Part shown: piece after piece, positions 23,601 through 34,454 of the stretch
How positions within the stretch are numbered: position 1 is the stretch's first letter
Layout: each line of letters opens with the position of its first letter
Assembly: GCA_950097015.1 (NCBI GenBank)
Contig: CATNEN010000005.1
Span: 2,666,001 to 2,730,000 of the forward strand
Direction: 5' to 3'
Length of the DNA stretch: 64,000 nt
DNA from: Macrostomum hystrix
Lineage: Eukaryota > Animalia > Platyhelminthes
Translations under genes and position numbers: made by a program
Notes under the pieces: model-generated
What the model was told of the DNA's origin: nothing
Databases searched by the model: none
Seen by the model: the letters and a program-made list of their open reading frames with translations, nothing else

Positions 23601-26600
23601 TCTTCCGGTATGCCTGCATCAGCGACCTGCAGTCCGCCTTCTATCAAATCGCCGTCCACCCTAGCTGTCGTGACGCGCTCCGCATCATTCTGCCGAAAGA
23701 CATCAGCAAGCCACTGACCCAGGATAACTTCCAACTATGGCGGTTTACCAGAGTCGTGATGGGAGCCAGCCCGTCTCCATGGATCCTTCTCGCCATCATT
23801 CACAAGCTCTGTCTGGACGCCTCCCAATCCTGCAACTTCGGTCTCACAGACAATGAGGTGGAGTCGATTCCATCGGGCCTGTACGTGGACAACTTGGTGC
23901 AGGGCTACGACGACAAAGGGACAGGCCCTCGCCTGATCAAGGGCCTTCGCTCGCTGTTCAAGTCTGCCGGATTTCATCTGCGGGAGTTCGCTGCCAATGA
24001 CTCCGACGCTCTGAAGGAGCTCCCTGGGGAGGACCGAATCTCAAGTCCCTCCGTTCAGTGCCTTGGCATCTCCTGGGACGTTCAACAGGACACGCTGCAC
24101 TTGAGCAAGCCGGAGATCCCTGCGGACAGCGCCCTCACCCGGTCCAGTCTCCTCAGCGCGATCTCGAAGCCTTACGACCCGTTCGGCTGCGCGGCTCCGC
24201 TTCTCCTCGCCGGACGCCTGCTCTACAATGCCGCCTTCGACTCAGGTGACCCGTGGGACAAGCCTGCTGACTCGGACACCATCAAAGCCTGGAGCAAACT
24301 CCGAGAGGACTTCATCCAGATTGACCGCATTGCCATACCACGTCGCTGCATCGAAGACCGTACCAAGCCCTGTCGTCTTGTCATCTTCAGCGACGGATCA
24401 CCGCAAGCATATGGCTTCGCCATCTACCTGCAACAGGAACTGAACGGCCGTACCATCTCCAACCTGATCCATGCCAAGGCCCGTCTCGTCCCGGCCAGGA
24501 AGAAGGGTATGTACATCACTGTGCCACGCATCGAACTCTGGGCTGCGCTTATCGCCAACCGGACGGCCTCGATCGTCCGCGACATACTGACGCCGGCCGT
24601 CAACATTGTCGGTATCACGCACTACATCGATAGCCAAATCGTCCTGTACTGGCTTCAAAATGGCACCAAGCTTCGCCCCTACGAAGGCCGTCGGGTTCAA
24701 GAAATTCGGGACTCGGACCTCACCAGCGACCGCCGTTACGTGCCCACCAAGGAAAACCCGGCGGACTACTGCACCAAACCACTAGACCTGGCACACCTGC
24801 TCAGTTCCAACTTCCTCAAGGGGCCCAGCTTCCTCGAGCTCCCCTTTGATGCCTGGCCTTCTTGGACCCCGCCCGCTGTGGACGTCAGCCTCCTAAAAAA
24901 CACGCCGTCGGCAACAGTTAAACACACCCAATCGAACAATCTTCTTGCCTTCGCCGCGAAAATCTCTATGACGCCGCCTGCAGGAATGGACATAACACGC
25001 TACGGCCGCCTGAGCACTTTGCTTGGTGCCACCGCCTACGTTATACGCTTCGCCACTCACAGCAAAGCCAAGGGAATCCCAAACACATCCGAGCGCGAAG
25101 CGGCTCTTCTCCTCTGGGTCAAGTACGTGCAGGAGCTTCACCATCCAAAGACACTAGCAGCCTTTCGTTCCAACAACCCAAAGGCGTGCAAGTTGATTCA
25201 CCAGCTCGACCTCTTCGAGGACCACGACGGTCTTCTCCGCCTCGGCTCTCGGATGGCCAACGCCACTCTCAGTGTGGACGCTCTTCACCCGTTCCTGCTT
25301 CCGCCAGACAGCCGCCTCAGCCACCTGCTCATCCTACACATTCATCAGCAGGAAACGCACGCTGCGGCCTCGACTGTCCTTAGTCGGCTACGGGAGCGTT
25401 TCTGGGTTCCTCGCGGCCTCTCCACCGTTCGAGCGGCCCTTCGCCACTGTCTAGACTGCCGGAGCTCCAAGGCGCCTACACTCCCTCGACCACCTCACGG
25501 TCAGCTCCCGTCGGAACGCCTGGATTCAAGTCAACCTGCCTTCAGCTCCATTCTGGTGGATCAACTCGGACCCATCCATACGTTCGATTCCAAAACCCTC
25601 ATCGTAGTCAAGCGCTGGGCCCTCGTGATCTGCTGCTCCGCAAGCCGAGCCGTCCACCTCGAGTACCTGTACGACTACTCCGCTGATGCGGTTCTCCACG
25701 CCTTCGAGCGCTTCTGGGCCAGACGCGGATTGACTGAAGGCACTATCTTCCTCGATCAGGCCACCGCCTTTCAAGCAGCTGCGCGAGTCGTCGATGGCCT
25801 CCTCGCACCAGCCTTCCAGCACAAGCTCTATCAAGATCTTCAGCCATTCGCCGCCTTTAGAAAGCTGCGGTTCAGATTCGCTCCAGTTCGATCGCCATGG
25901 CACCAAGGAGCGGTGGAGCGTCTGGTTGGCCTCACGAAGGCGAGCTTGCGACCCGCCCTCTGGCGGCGACGGATTACCGATGACGAGCTACGGACGCTGC
26001 TGTGCAAAGTGGAGGCCGTCCTCAACTCGCGCCCGTTGACGGCCCTCAGCAGCGACCCCAAGGACCCAAGGCCTTTGACTCCCGCCGACATCGTTGCCCC
26101 CAGCCCTCGGCTAGATCTTCCAGCCTCAACCGACCACTTTATCCCGGCTCCCGGACAGCCACCTGCGGAGTGGCTCCGCGCGCTCTACCGCCGTCGGGAG
26201 CAGATCATCGACAGCTTCTGGGAGAGGTGGCGCCGCGAATACATTCAGCACCTGCGGTCCACCCACCTGCAAGAGCGGCGGCGAACTGGCTGCGCCCCCG
26301 AAGGGCCTCGCGTCGGACAGCTCATGCTGCTGGCCGACACCACGCCGCGCTCTTGCTGGAAGACCTGCCGCGTCCTGGCCGTGCATCCTGACTCCGCTGG
26401 TGTTGTCCGCTACGTTACAGTTATCACCAGCACAGGTCACGAATCTCAGCGTGCCATCAGCCACCTCGTACCGCTGGAGGCTGATATGGCGCCTACATGT
26501 ACATCAGAGAATGACGGGGCCGGCTCGAAAGACCAGCAGCCGCTTACACCGCCGCATGTACGTGACAACACCATGAGCACTGTGGGTGCCACAGCCCCGA

Positions 26601-26674
26601 CGATGGCATCAGCTCGTGAACTGCGTGCTCAGCGGCGACAACAAGTGCGGGACGCACTGTTCAACATCGCGTGA
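20645..26674 (+). CDS. BEL/Pao Gag-Pol polyprotein, 2009 aa (Cys-rich N-terminus, Gag, three Zn knuckles, aspartic protease, RT, RNase H, integrase)
   Basis: FDGSDPASFPAFW (BEL gag); CVFCDSDTHAASHC, CFNCLRAHEVRNC and CQECKAKHHTSLH knuckles; ALIDGG protease; YVDN RT; FSDGS RNase H; HHCC region ending CLDC; integrase D,D,E in VDQLGP, LDQATAF and GAVERLVG. Order PR-RT-RH-IN. Confidence 0.96.
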   Translation: MSSLCAFVSTTATCSETCLAQQHSKEKLRCQYCHTVICRRFADSAFSPKGSASKAVFDLLLSRLNEALDSAGPQPVYKCPLCPSSDGYSAPSLYEQLTAQGLMQVDLRDKRPTHFKRSGLQHGIRASGSEEGVESASTPEARDPGHVNNDGGSQRRNSANPATTSAQPASHSACATPRPTTTDPAAAPAQPGFFPRSSPSYAPGAAPAVSQDCMQQLLYSLTQMMQQNQQILLQVQAQACQPSNSSVPTQPAPRPNFSGDSVLRNVQLQTFDGSDPASFPAFWSSFNYRVDSTSYSDVDKFETLRGLLKDAALKKLGGLDACQPGAYKEARRILELNYGDLQEQKSVCYRRLLAMPRLRSIEYESLEDFADVLRLTIGQLSRLNEPAAAMDAYAFALWPKLPSAMQMDIQEARIKGSKTPMPTMAELQDHLDTKLRALRASIATAEPAAIPYAGASLVNAACHTKDIFKTEQRNSRPSWDPPARDNNSRLTRRRDANCVFCDSDTHAASHCGRVVKPDERLDIVRRKKLCFNCLRAHEVRNCPSRFRCQECKAKHHTSLHGASTLETKPAHKTVSTRQSKTNSHLNASSGTTAIADSESAPVNAISCISSTQDQQLSSTIMATFATAAVNPVNGASVKVTALIDGGCSYTYLNNDIAQRLGLKSLARLSLDSSACHADTRRRIHADIVRLELAAADGRRMPLKVLCVEKIAPAIHVPATKLPRDVQASLAHVPYGIANLPPARDEEVHLDLLIGNDYAQLLIGPSIGAIPLRPRLTAHLTPFGAILSGSLGDDEHHSGNSHPRVIGNTLLCNSHPTNLEQLVDRMTSLEILGLQKDVGRVNLQDDALTIRLLESVTRQPDGRFSVALPFKPEAEQLPTNFSQAFGRAQATHRRLTLAQREQYYAEFKKRKEEGVIEIVDGGKPAGSIVHVLPHFPVVKESSNTTKIRPVVDASAPTSLGGRSLNDLLETGPNLLTSLLQVQLRLRIFRYACISDLQSAFYQIAVHPSCRDALRIILPKDISKPLTQDNFQLWRFTRVVMGASPSPWILLAIIHKLCLDASQSCNFGLTDNEVESIPSGLYVDNLVQGYDDKGTGPRLIKGLRSLFKSAGFHLREFAANDSDALKELPGEDRISSPSVQCLGISWDVQQDTLHLSKPEIPADSALTRSSLLSAISKPYDPFGCAAPLLLAGRLLYNAAFDSGDPWDKPADSDTIKAWSKLREDFIQIDRIAIPRRCIEDRTKPCRLVIFSDGSPQAYGFAIYLQQELNGRTISNLIHAKARLVPARKKGMYITVPRIELWAALIANRTASIVRDILTPAVNIVGITHYIDSQIVLYWLQNGTKLRPYEGRRVQEIRDSDLTSDRRYVPTKENPADYCTKPLDLAHLLSSNFLKGPSFLELPFDAWPSWTPPAVDVSLLKNTPSATVKHTQSNNLLAFAAKISMTPPAGMDITRYGRLSTLLGATAYVIRFATHSKAKGIPNTSEREAALLLWVKYVQELHHPKTLAAFRSNNPKACKLIHQLDLFEDHDGLLRLGSRMANATLSVDALHPFLLPPDSRLSHLLILHIHQQETHAAASTVLSRLRERFWVPRGLSTVRAALRHCLDCRSSKAPTLPRPPHGQLPSERLDSSQPAFSSILVDQLGPIHTFDSKTLIVVKRWALVICCSASRAVHLEYLYDYSADAVLHAFERFWARRGLTEGTIFLDQATAFQAAARVVDGLLAPAFQHKLYQDLQPFAAFRKLRFRFAPVRSPWHQGAVERLVGLTKASLRPALWRRRITDDELRTLLCKVEAVLNSRPLTALSSDPKDPRPLTPADIVAPSPRLDLPASTDHFIPAPGQPPAEWLRALYRRREQIIDSFWERWRREYIQHLRSTHLQERRRTGCAPEGPRVGQLMLLADTTPRSCWKTCRVLAVHPDSAGVVRYVTVITSTGHESQRAISHLVPLEADMAPTCTSENDGAGSKDQQPLTPPHVRDNTMSTVGATAPTMASARELRAQRRQQVRDALFNIA

Positions 26675-26841
26675 CTTCCTTGACTAGCACATAGCAGTTG
26701 AACTTGCAACAATTCCGGACAATTGTCTTACTGTCTAATCAATGTTAGTTGATCCACATCAACAATTCTGTTCATCGCTCCGCCCCCAGCCCCTGTCGAA
26801 TTCCCGAATCCTCCAACTGTTAATCGTTCTGCCCCCCAGCC

Positions 26842-27095
26842 TGTCGGATTCCCGAATCCTCCATATGCTATTACAAAGTACGCAATCTTCATATATTCAT
26901 ATATATTCATTTGCATTAGTCTGCCCCAATTCTCGTTCACTACGTTTGAACCATAGACAACCTCCAAGCTTCCACTGTACTCTATAACTCGTATTATCAA
27001 TAAAGCAAGCGCGGGGCTTTGCCCCAAAAGAGAAACTTTCTACCTTACCACAGCAGCAGCAGCATATCCGTTTATATTATTGTCACTGCCTGACA
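26842..27095 (+). repeat. 3' LTR (254 bp)
   Basis: Matches the 5' LTR; followed by the TSD GTACT. Confidence 0.97.
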
Positions 27096-27401
27096 GTACT
27101 GCTCATACTGACATACTTGGCCTATCAGCATCACAGGCCTGGCCTACTAGGGCCTAGTAGACTATAGGACCCAGGACTGAATTCAAATTTCAGTGACTAT
27201 TTAATTTCATTGGTTAATGTAAGTACAAACTTAAATTTGTAAATCTGCTTGTATTTTATATATTATTTAAGTGGTTTTTATATTACATGGGAAGAAATTC
27301 AGGAATTCAAATAATTTTCATGGAGCATGAAGGTTTCGAGATCTTACCTTTTATATAATTGTCCCATCTTTCTTTCAGCAGAAATTGTCCTCATCTTGTC
27401 A

Positions 27402-30400
27402 ATGCGAAGGGCAAAGAAAGCTAAATTAGACACCTCTGTCACTCCAACAAAAGACAGATTTGACATCACCATTGAGTCGGATGACGATAATGAGGATGAT
27501 GAATCGGTAGATGTTGCTGAACAATCCCAATGGCATTTAGAGGTTCAACAGCAGCAGCAGCAGCAGCGTCAGAACTGGCGAGTTCTGCCATGGCGGGACT
27601 CTGCGGAGTTCATAGAAGTAGCCAGTCTGGTAGATCAAGTTGCCGCGTCTATCAGCAGTAGCCCAGACTGCCAATCTGAACATGCCAATCAATCATCGTC
27701 ACTATTAGAGGCTCTGGTTGGGCATCTGTCAGTCTGGCTAACCAGATTAGAGCAGCATCAGATGCCGCGCGCTGTGCTTGCCACAGCTGAACTAGCCGAA
27801 GCTCTGTTGCTAGGCAGGCGGCAGATATTGGCTAACGCTGGTCAACGATTTGTCAGCTTGTTGGCAGGCGAAGAGGAGGCGAGGACCAGACAGTTGGGCT
27901 ACGCCATGCCGGTTACTAGGGTGGCCCAGAGGATGGGCATTCCCGATTGGCTGGTGCAGGTGAGGCGGCTAGTTTATTTCTGGGAAATTTCGAATTAATT
28001 TTCCAGCTAAAACTTTAATTAAGAAAAAATTGCTTTATGTGGTAACACTAGACCCGCAACCGGCAAAAAGGCGATTCTGCCCATTCCGCTCACTCCTGAG
28101 CGCAAACACACACATACTAGGCGTGTACAATGTACATCTATGCTCTGACTTTCTCATCGCTGGCCCAGGCAGTGTACACTCTCACTGTGCCTTGGAGATT
28201 GGCCTTAAATAAATGTGGTGTCCCCGTGGAATCATATAATAATAATTGCAGGAGGGCTGCAGACGATGGCACATTATTTCGTTACACTGGACCCGCAGCC
28301 AGCTAGGAGGCAATTCTGCCCATTTCGCTGACTCCTGAGCACACACGCTCACACAGATGTGTACATCTGCCCTGACTTTCTCATTGTCACGTAGTGTACA
28401 CTTTCACTGCGCCTTGGACGTTGACCTTCAAGGGCGTAAATTGCCCCCAAGCCTTCTCTCCGCGGCTGCGCCCCAAGTAAATGTGGCCTCGCCGCAGAAT
28501 CGAGCTCAAAATACCTTGGTGCGAGAGGCAGAGGCATTAGACCGATCTGCCACTCACTCTTCTATTTCGGACCAAAAGCAGCTATCTTTTTTGTCCATGA
28601 GTAAGACACTTAATGTCCAATTGCTTTAAGTTAGAAATTTGCGACAATTTCCAAAATTCTCTTCTAACCTAATCAGATTCGACACGACGTGTGTCACGGC
28701 CTGTTGCCACCGGCTCCTGTTCTTCAATCGGCCTGTCTGGAAGCCATGGTCTGGTTGAATACTAACTTTTGGCTACCCCAGTCGGCGGCTAAGCAGGCGT
28801 CGATAGCGCCGCCCCGCGTGGCGTCTTCGCGAAATCCGCCGCTGTCAATTCGCCGCTTCATTCGACTGCAGCTTAAGCCGAGATCTTCGGCAAACACTTC
28901 GGCATTGAATGCGCATTTAGATAGTGTGAAATTGTGCAGATTAAACACTGGCCTAGATGAAAATCGAAGCTGGGTTCGCAGCTTAATTAATTCCATGCTC
29001 TGCACAACTAGCAGCTTCTGCAGCGTTGCTAGCGATCCGAATGTTGACGACGTGAAATTAGCCGACCGATTCGACAGTCTGGTGGCCTTCTGGCTGCCGA
29101 TGCTTGGCGTATTGAAGAAGTGCAGCCTGGTGCCTATGCTGGTTGAGGAGACCCTGTTGGCTAATGCTGACGGGCTGTCTTCGGACCGAATGCCCGCTCT
29201 GCAGGTTATTATTGCATTGAATGATCATTTAAAATATCCTCTGATTTTTAGCTTCATTGACCCCATAGCTCATGTCCTTGATTGCAATCTGAATGCCCCT
29301 TAATAATTACTAGTCTATACCATTACTCATAAACCTTTTAATTTCTAACTCTCTCCTTCATTCTCTCAGTAAACAATCATTAGCTGTCTCTTACTTAGTT
29401 TACGTAGCTAATAATCCTCTTTTTACTTTTCTTCAAATCCTCATGTTAATTGTCTCCCTATTTTTTCCTAGTCCTCCTCACCTTAATTAGTTTCTAATCC
29501 TCACCATATTTTTCAAATATTACTAACCTTTTAATTCTCATTTGTCCTTAAAAAGAAACGTCCCGAAACTCCCGTATTTTATTCTGTTTGTGTCTCCGGC
29601 TCCCTGGCACCAAGCATCTGTTCCTCTGTCTCCGGCTCCCTGGCACCAAGCAGCTGTTCCTCTGTCTCCCCATTCCTGGCACCAAGCATCTGTTCCTCCG
29701 TCTCCCTGGCACCAAGCATCTGTTCCTCCGTCTCCCTGGCACCAAGCATCTGTTCCTCCGTCTCCCTGGCACCAAGCATCTGTTCCTGTGTCTCCCTGGC
29801 ACCAAGCATCCGTTCCTCTGTCTCCCTGGCACCAAGCATCCGTTCCTCTGTCTCCCTGGCACCAAGCATCTGTTCCTCTGTCTCCCTGGCACCAAGCATC
29901 TGTTCCTCTGTCTCCCTGGCACCAAGCATCTGTTCCTCTGTCTCCCTGGCACCAAGCATCCGTTCCTCTGTCTCCCTGGCACCAAGCATCCGTTCCTCTG
30001 TCTCCCTGGCACCAAGCATCTGTTCCTCTGTCTCCCTGGCACCAAGCATCTGTTCCTCTGTCTCCCTGGCACCAAGCATCCGTTCCTCTGTCTCCCTGGC
30101 ACCAAGCATCCGTTCCTCTGTCTCCCTGGCACCAAGCATCCGTTCATCTGTCTCCCTGGCACCAAGCATCTGTTCCTCTGTCTCCCTGGCACCAAGCATC
30201 CGTTCCTCTGTCTCCCTGGCACCAAGCAGCTGTTCCTCTGTCTCCCTGGCACCAAGCAGCTGTTCCTCTGTCTCCCTGGCACCAAGCAGCTGTTCCTCTG
30301 TCTCCCTGGCACCAAGCAGCTGTTCCTCTGTCTCCCTGGCACCAAGCATCCGTTCCTCTGTCTCCCTGGCACCAAGCAGCTGTTCCTCTGTCTCCCTGGC

Positions 30401-30990
30401 ACCAAGCAGCTGTTCCTCTGTCTCCCTGGCACCAAGCAGCTGTTCCTCTGTCTCCCTGGCACCAAGCAGCTGTTCCTCTGTCTCCCTGGCACCAAGCAGC
30501 TGTTCCTCTGTCTCCCTGGCACCAAGCAGCTGTTCCTCTGTCTCCCTGGTACCAAGCAGCTGTTCCTCTGTCCCCACACCGCCAGACCTGGTCTCAGGGC
30601 TGGCTAGCCGGGCTAGAACGGCTCGCCTTCCCAGACGGCAGTCGCCGGCCGCCTCTGGCCTACTGTCTGCGCCGAGATTCCCGCTCCAGCATCGATTGGC
30701 CGCGTCTGATGCGACGCTATTGCGTAATCGACCTGTGCCCCAAACTGGCGCCACTGGCGAAGCGAATAGTGCGATTACACGACCCGCCGCTAGCTGACTC
30801 CACTCTCTGCGGTCTAATGACGGTGCTTGACGAAGTTGTTCAACAAGATTCAGCAGCTGCCGTTAATACTGATGCCACTGGACTAGACGCTACTGTCAGT
30901 AGTACTAAACCAAATTGCGTTAGTCACCCTTGGCAACGAGATTTGTCAGTTGATTGGGACAGTTTACCAATTGGCTGTTTGCCTGAATAA
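27402..30990 (+). CDS. LAS1: LAS1-like pre-rRNA processing endonuclease; exons 27402-27959, 28677-29204, 30586-30990
   Basis: VLPWRDSAEF, VWLTR...PRAVLATAEL, RFVSLL and IPDWLVQ|IRHDVCHGLLP...AMVWLNTNFW (Las1 HEPN RHxxxH motif rebuilt across intron 1), plus C-terminal WDSLPIGCLP. Phase-0 GT-AG junctions. Confidence 0.85.
28040..28555 (-). mobile_element. Two tandem SINE family A copies (partial 28040-28232; near full-length 28233-28555) in LAS1 intron 1
   Basis: Share GAGGCAATTCTGCCCATTT, CTGACTTTCTCAT, CACTGTGCCTTGG and GGTGCGAGAGGCA blocks with the copies at 19944 and 42041. Confidence 0.85.
29595..30570. repeat. Minisatellite, 30-bp unit TCTCCCTGGCACCAAGCATCTGTTCCTCTG (LAS1 intron 2)
   Basis: Tandem periodicity; ends ~15 nt before the acceptor at 30585. 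Confidence 0.95.
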
Positions 30991-31409
30991 GTCTAGTTAT
31001 TAGTAGGATTTGGAAACGTACTGATTTGTATCACAAAATTTAGTTTATAATAAGGACTTTCTAACTTTCCTTTTACCTGTCCTCTCCGGGTAATGTGTCA
31101 TTTGGCGCTGTTAGACCTGTAGTCCAAAAAATCAACAGAATATAAGAAATAAATATGCAAAACGATTACTTGAGTTCACAACTTACTCATACTTACTCAT
31201 GCAAAAAATGACCTAGAAAATAACTACACAAATTCGGCTTTTATAATTTTCATTTGCTGCGATGAATTAGAGGACTTAATTCAATTGCAATTCTAATGAT
31301 AGCGAAGATAACCTGGGCAGCCAACAGAAAGTAATTCTGCCTTGTTACCTAATCCAAAAAACATTAAAAACTAGTGCTCTCAGATCTACGAGATATACGA
31401 AAATGGGAT

Positions 31410-32230
31410 TCTCGGACACATTCGCAGATCATGTGATATGATGGGACACATTCGCAGATCATGTGATATGATGGGACACATTCGCAGATCATGTGATATG
31501 ATGGGACACATTCGCAGATCATGTGATATGATGGGACACATTCGTAGATCATGTGATATGATGGGACACATTCGCAGATCATGTGATGATGGGGCACATT
31601 CGCAGATCATGTGATGATGGGACACATTCGCAGATCAAGTGATATGATGGGACACATTCGCAGATCATGTGATATGATGGGACACATTCGCAGATCATGT
31701 GATATGATGGGACACATTCGTAGATCATGTGATATGATGGGACACATTCGCAGATCATGTGATGATGGGGCACATTCGCAGATCATGTGATGATGGGACA
31801 CATTCGCAGATCAAGTGATATGATGGGACACATTCGCAGATCATGTGATATGATGGGGCACATTCGCAGATCATGTGATATGATGGGGCACATTCGCAGA
31901 TCATGTGATATGATGGGGCACAGTCGCAGATCATGTGATGATGGGGCACATTCGCAGATCATGTGATGATGGGACACATTCGCAGATCAAGTGATATGAT
32001 GGGACACATTCGCAGATCATGTGATATGATGGGGCACAGTCGCAGATCATGTGATATGATGGGGCACATTCGCAGATCATGTGATGATGGGACACATTCG
32101 CAGATCAAGTGATATGATGGGACACATTCGCAGATCATGTGATATGATGGGGCACATTCGCAGATCATGTGATATGATGGGGCACAGTCGCAGATCATGT
32201 GATATGATGGGGCACAGTCGCAGATCATGT
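31410..32230. repeat. Minisatellite, 30-bp unit GGGACACATTCGCAGATCATGTGATATGAT with 28-bp variants
   Basis: Tandem periodicity. Confidence 0.95.
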
Positions 32231-33964
32231 GTTCATGTGGTCAGCAAGTAGATTCGGGTAGTATAATGAAGGAATGTCAAGCAGGTAAGCAGGCAAGACA
32301 ATTCATAATTGCTAATTACGACGCACGTGAAAATTAAACCACAATCATTACAATATATTTACGTAGGTAATCACACAGTCACAATTAAGTACTTTTAGAG
32401 AAATTTAAAAGTACATATATTTCTCGGCTACAGGCTACAGTGTGTTTACATGGCTTTTGAAAGTTGTTTTAAAGTCTGTGTGAAAGATTTTGAGTCGCAA
32501 AGTTCGCATGGTGAATACCTGTCTATAAGCGTGGCGTCTATGAAGAATAAATTAAATTGGAACAAAAGATAATCAAAGGCCTAGCTGCAAGGCAGCGAGT
32601 TATGATTTTAAGTACTATTAGTAGGAACGACTATCGCAAATTGTTGCTTTCCATATAGTCCATAGTCCAGAAAATTAATGTTAATGATGCAATGAATTTT
32701 TTGTATTAAAAGAGAATAGAAAACGAGAATGTGCCTTTTACAATAAAAAAATCCGCAGCCTTTTAAAGGAGGCACAAACTGTTGTTTACAGAATAGAAAT
32801 ATAAAATTCTCGCGCATACGGTAGTATCTTCACTACACTACTGTTCAAATAAGGATCCAGTAGTAAACTGCGCATTATGCAAAAACAGTTAATTACTTTA
32901 TAACGCAGACGGTCAGTGAGAATGTAGAAATTTTGAAAACAAGACAATTATTGTAATTGTAATTAGATTTTTACAATTTCGACTGAGCTCATCATTACCA
33001 ATTAATAAAATTAACATAAGGTTTACCAATAAAGAACTAAATTAATGCTCGTAAGACAGAAAATACAATGTTCTCAGTAACTGTTGAAATATTGCCAGGC
33101 ACACACTGATAAAAACTAATTTACCAACACTTAGCCCAAATCCATATTCAGCTGCTAGAAAAAATATGTACGAGTATGAATTCAATACCATTCGTATTTC
33201 ACAGTTGTAAAATATCGTATTTAATTGCGCCAGCTTAAATTGGCAATTCTTTTCGTTTACGAATCAGCTCATTAATTTTAGTACTTTAATTTTCCGCTTT
33301 GCTACTTAGATATGTTAGTAGTATGATACGACAAAATATCGAAAATAGTTACTGTGCATAAAATTTTTTAAAGAAATTACTTTAAGCTGAGAACATTGGA
33401 ACAGCATTTAAGTGAGCATACTGTATAAAAATGGCGCGAATGGTCAGCTGACCTGAGGAAAACAATAGTAGCAGGACACCTGACTAACCAGGACGAAAAT
33501 GAATCAAAACTAGACTAAAATAATGTGCAACCTTTTTGTGAGCCTATCTTTATACAGATTACCACAATAGTACTTAATTATACCATTAGGTCATGATATA
33601 ATATGTTACTAATCATAAATTGTATGACTTGATTTTTGTTAATACGTACTGTCTATACTTAACACAGGGTCACTTTCTAAGAAAACTTTATTTTTTAAGT
33701 CAAGAAGAAAGCTAGTTAGAGAAGTTGATTTCTTCAAAAAATTCTAAGCAAAATTCACCAGGAAAAGATTAAGACATCAGAGAAAACTTTCTAGACAATC
33801 GTCAATTCCTAAAAAACGTTAACAGGCTCACGAATTTGAAGAAAACTTCAGACTAAAAAATCTTCAAAAAACTTTTAGAAGCCACACTCAGATCCTAATA
33901 TTTCTAAAGAATCTAAGGAGGATCATAAATTCCCTACAAAACCTCTCGCGGATCACGATTATCG

Positions 33965-34300
33965 ATGAAAACCTCATGCGGTTAATAACTTACTGAACAA
34001 TACCTCATGCGAATGATAAGTTTCTTAGAAAACCTCATGCGGTTAATAGTAAGTTTCTTAGAAAAGCTCATGCGGAGGATAAGTTTCTTAGAAAACCTCA
34101 TGCGGTTAAAATGTTTCTTAGAAAACCTCATGCGGATGATAAGTTTCTTAGAAAACCTCGTGCGGATGATACGTTTCTTAGAAAAATCATGCGGAGGATA
34201 AGTTTCTTAGAAAAAATCACGCGGATGATAAGTTCTTAGAAAGCTCATGCGGATGATAAGTTTCTAAGAAAACCTCATGCGTATCATGTCTTTTTTAGAA
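33965..34300. repeat. Degenerate ~30-bp minisatellite GAAAACCTCATGCGGATGATAAGTTTCTTA
   Basis: About 10 diverged copies. Confidence 0.85.
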
Positions 34301-34454
34301 ACCCTCAACACAACTAATATTCTAGACACTCTTCTAGAAGGAGAATAATTATTTCCGTGAAGACTTAAACAATTAAACATGATCACACATTTCAGAGAGT
34401 CATGCGTATATTAGAAAAACTTCCTAAATCCCCAAAGAAAGTGGCCTGAAAATC

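Larger units (their letters stand above)
20332..27095 (+). mobile_element. Full-length BEL/Pao LTR retrotransposon
   Basis: 254-bp LTRs (20332-20585, 26842-27095) with TGTC...GACA ends that read identical by eye. 5-bp TSD GTACT (20327-20331, 27096-27100), a PBS, and a single uninterrupted gag-pol ORF. Confidence 0.97.

Noticed and set aside
20923-26464. Many short ORFs overlapping the BEL polyprotein on both strands
   Set aside because: Shadow ORFs of a GC-rich coding sequence; no env-like or other domain seen.
29542-30754. SPWHQASVPL and ETEEQLLGAR repeat proteins
   Set aside because: 30-bp minisatellite in LAS1 intron 2; only 30586-30990 is exonic.
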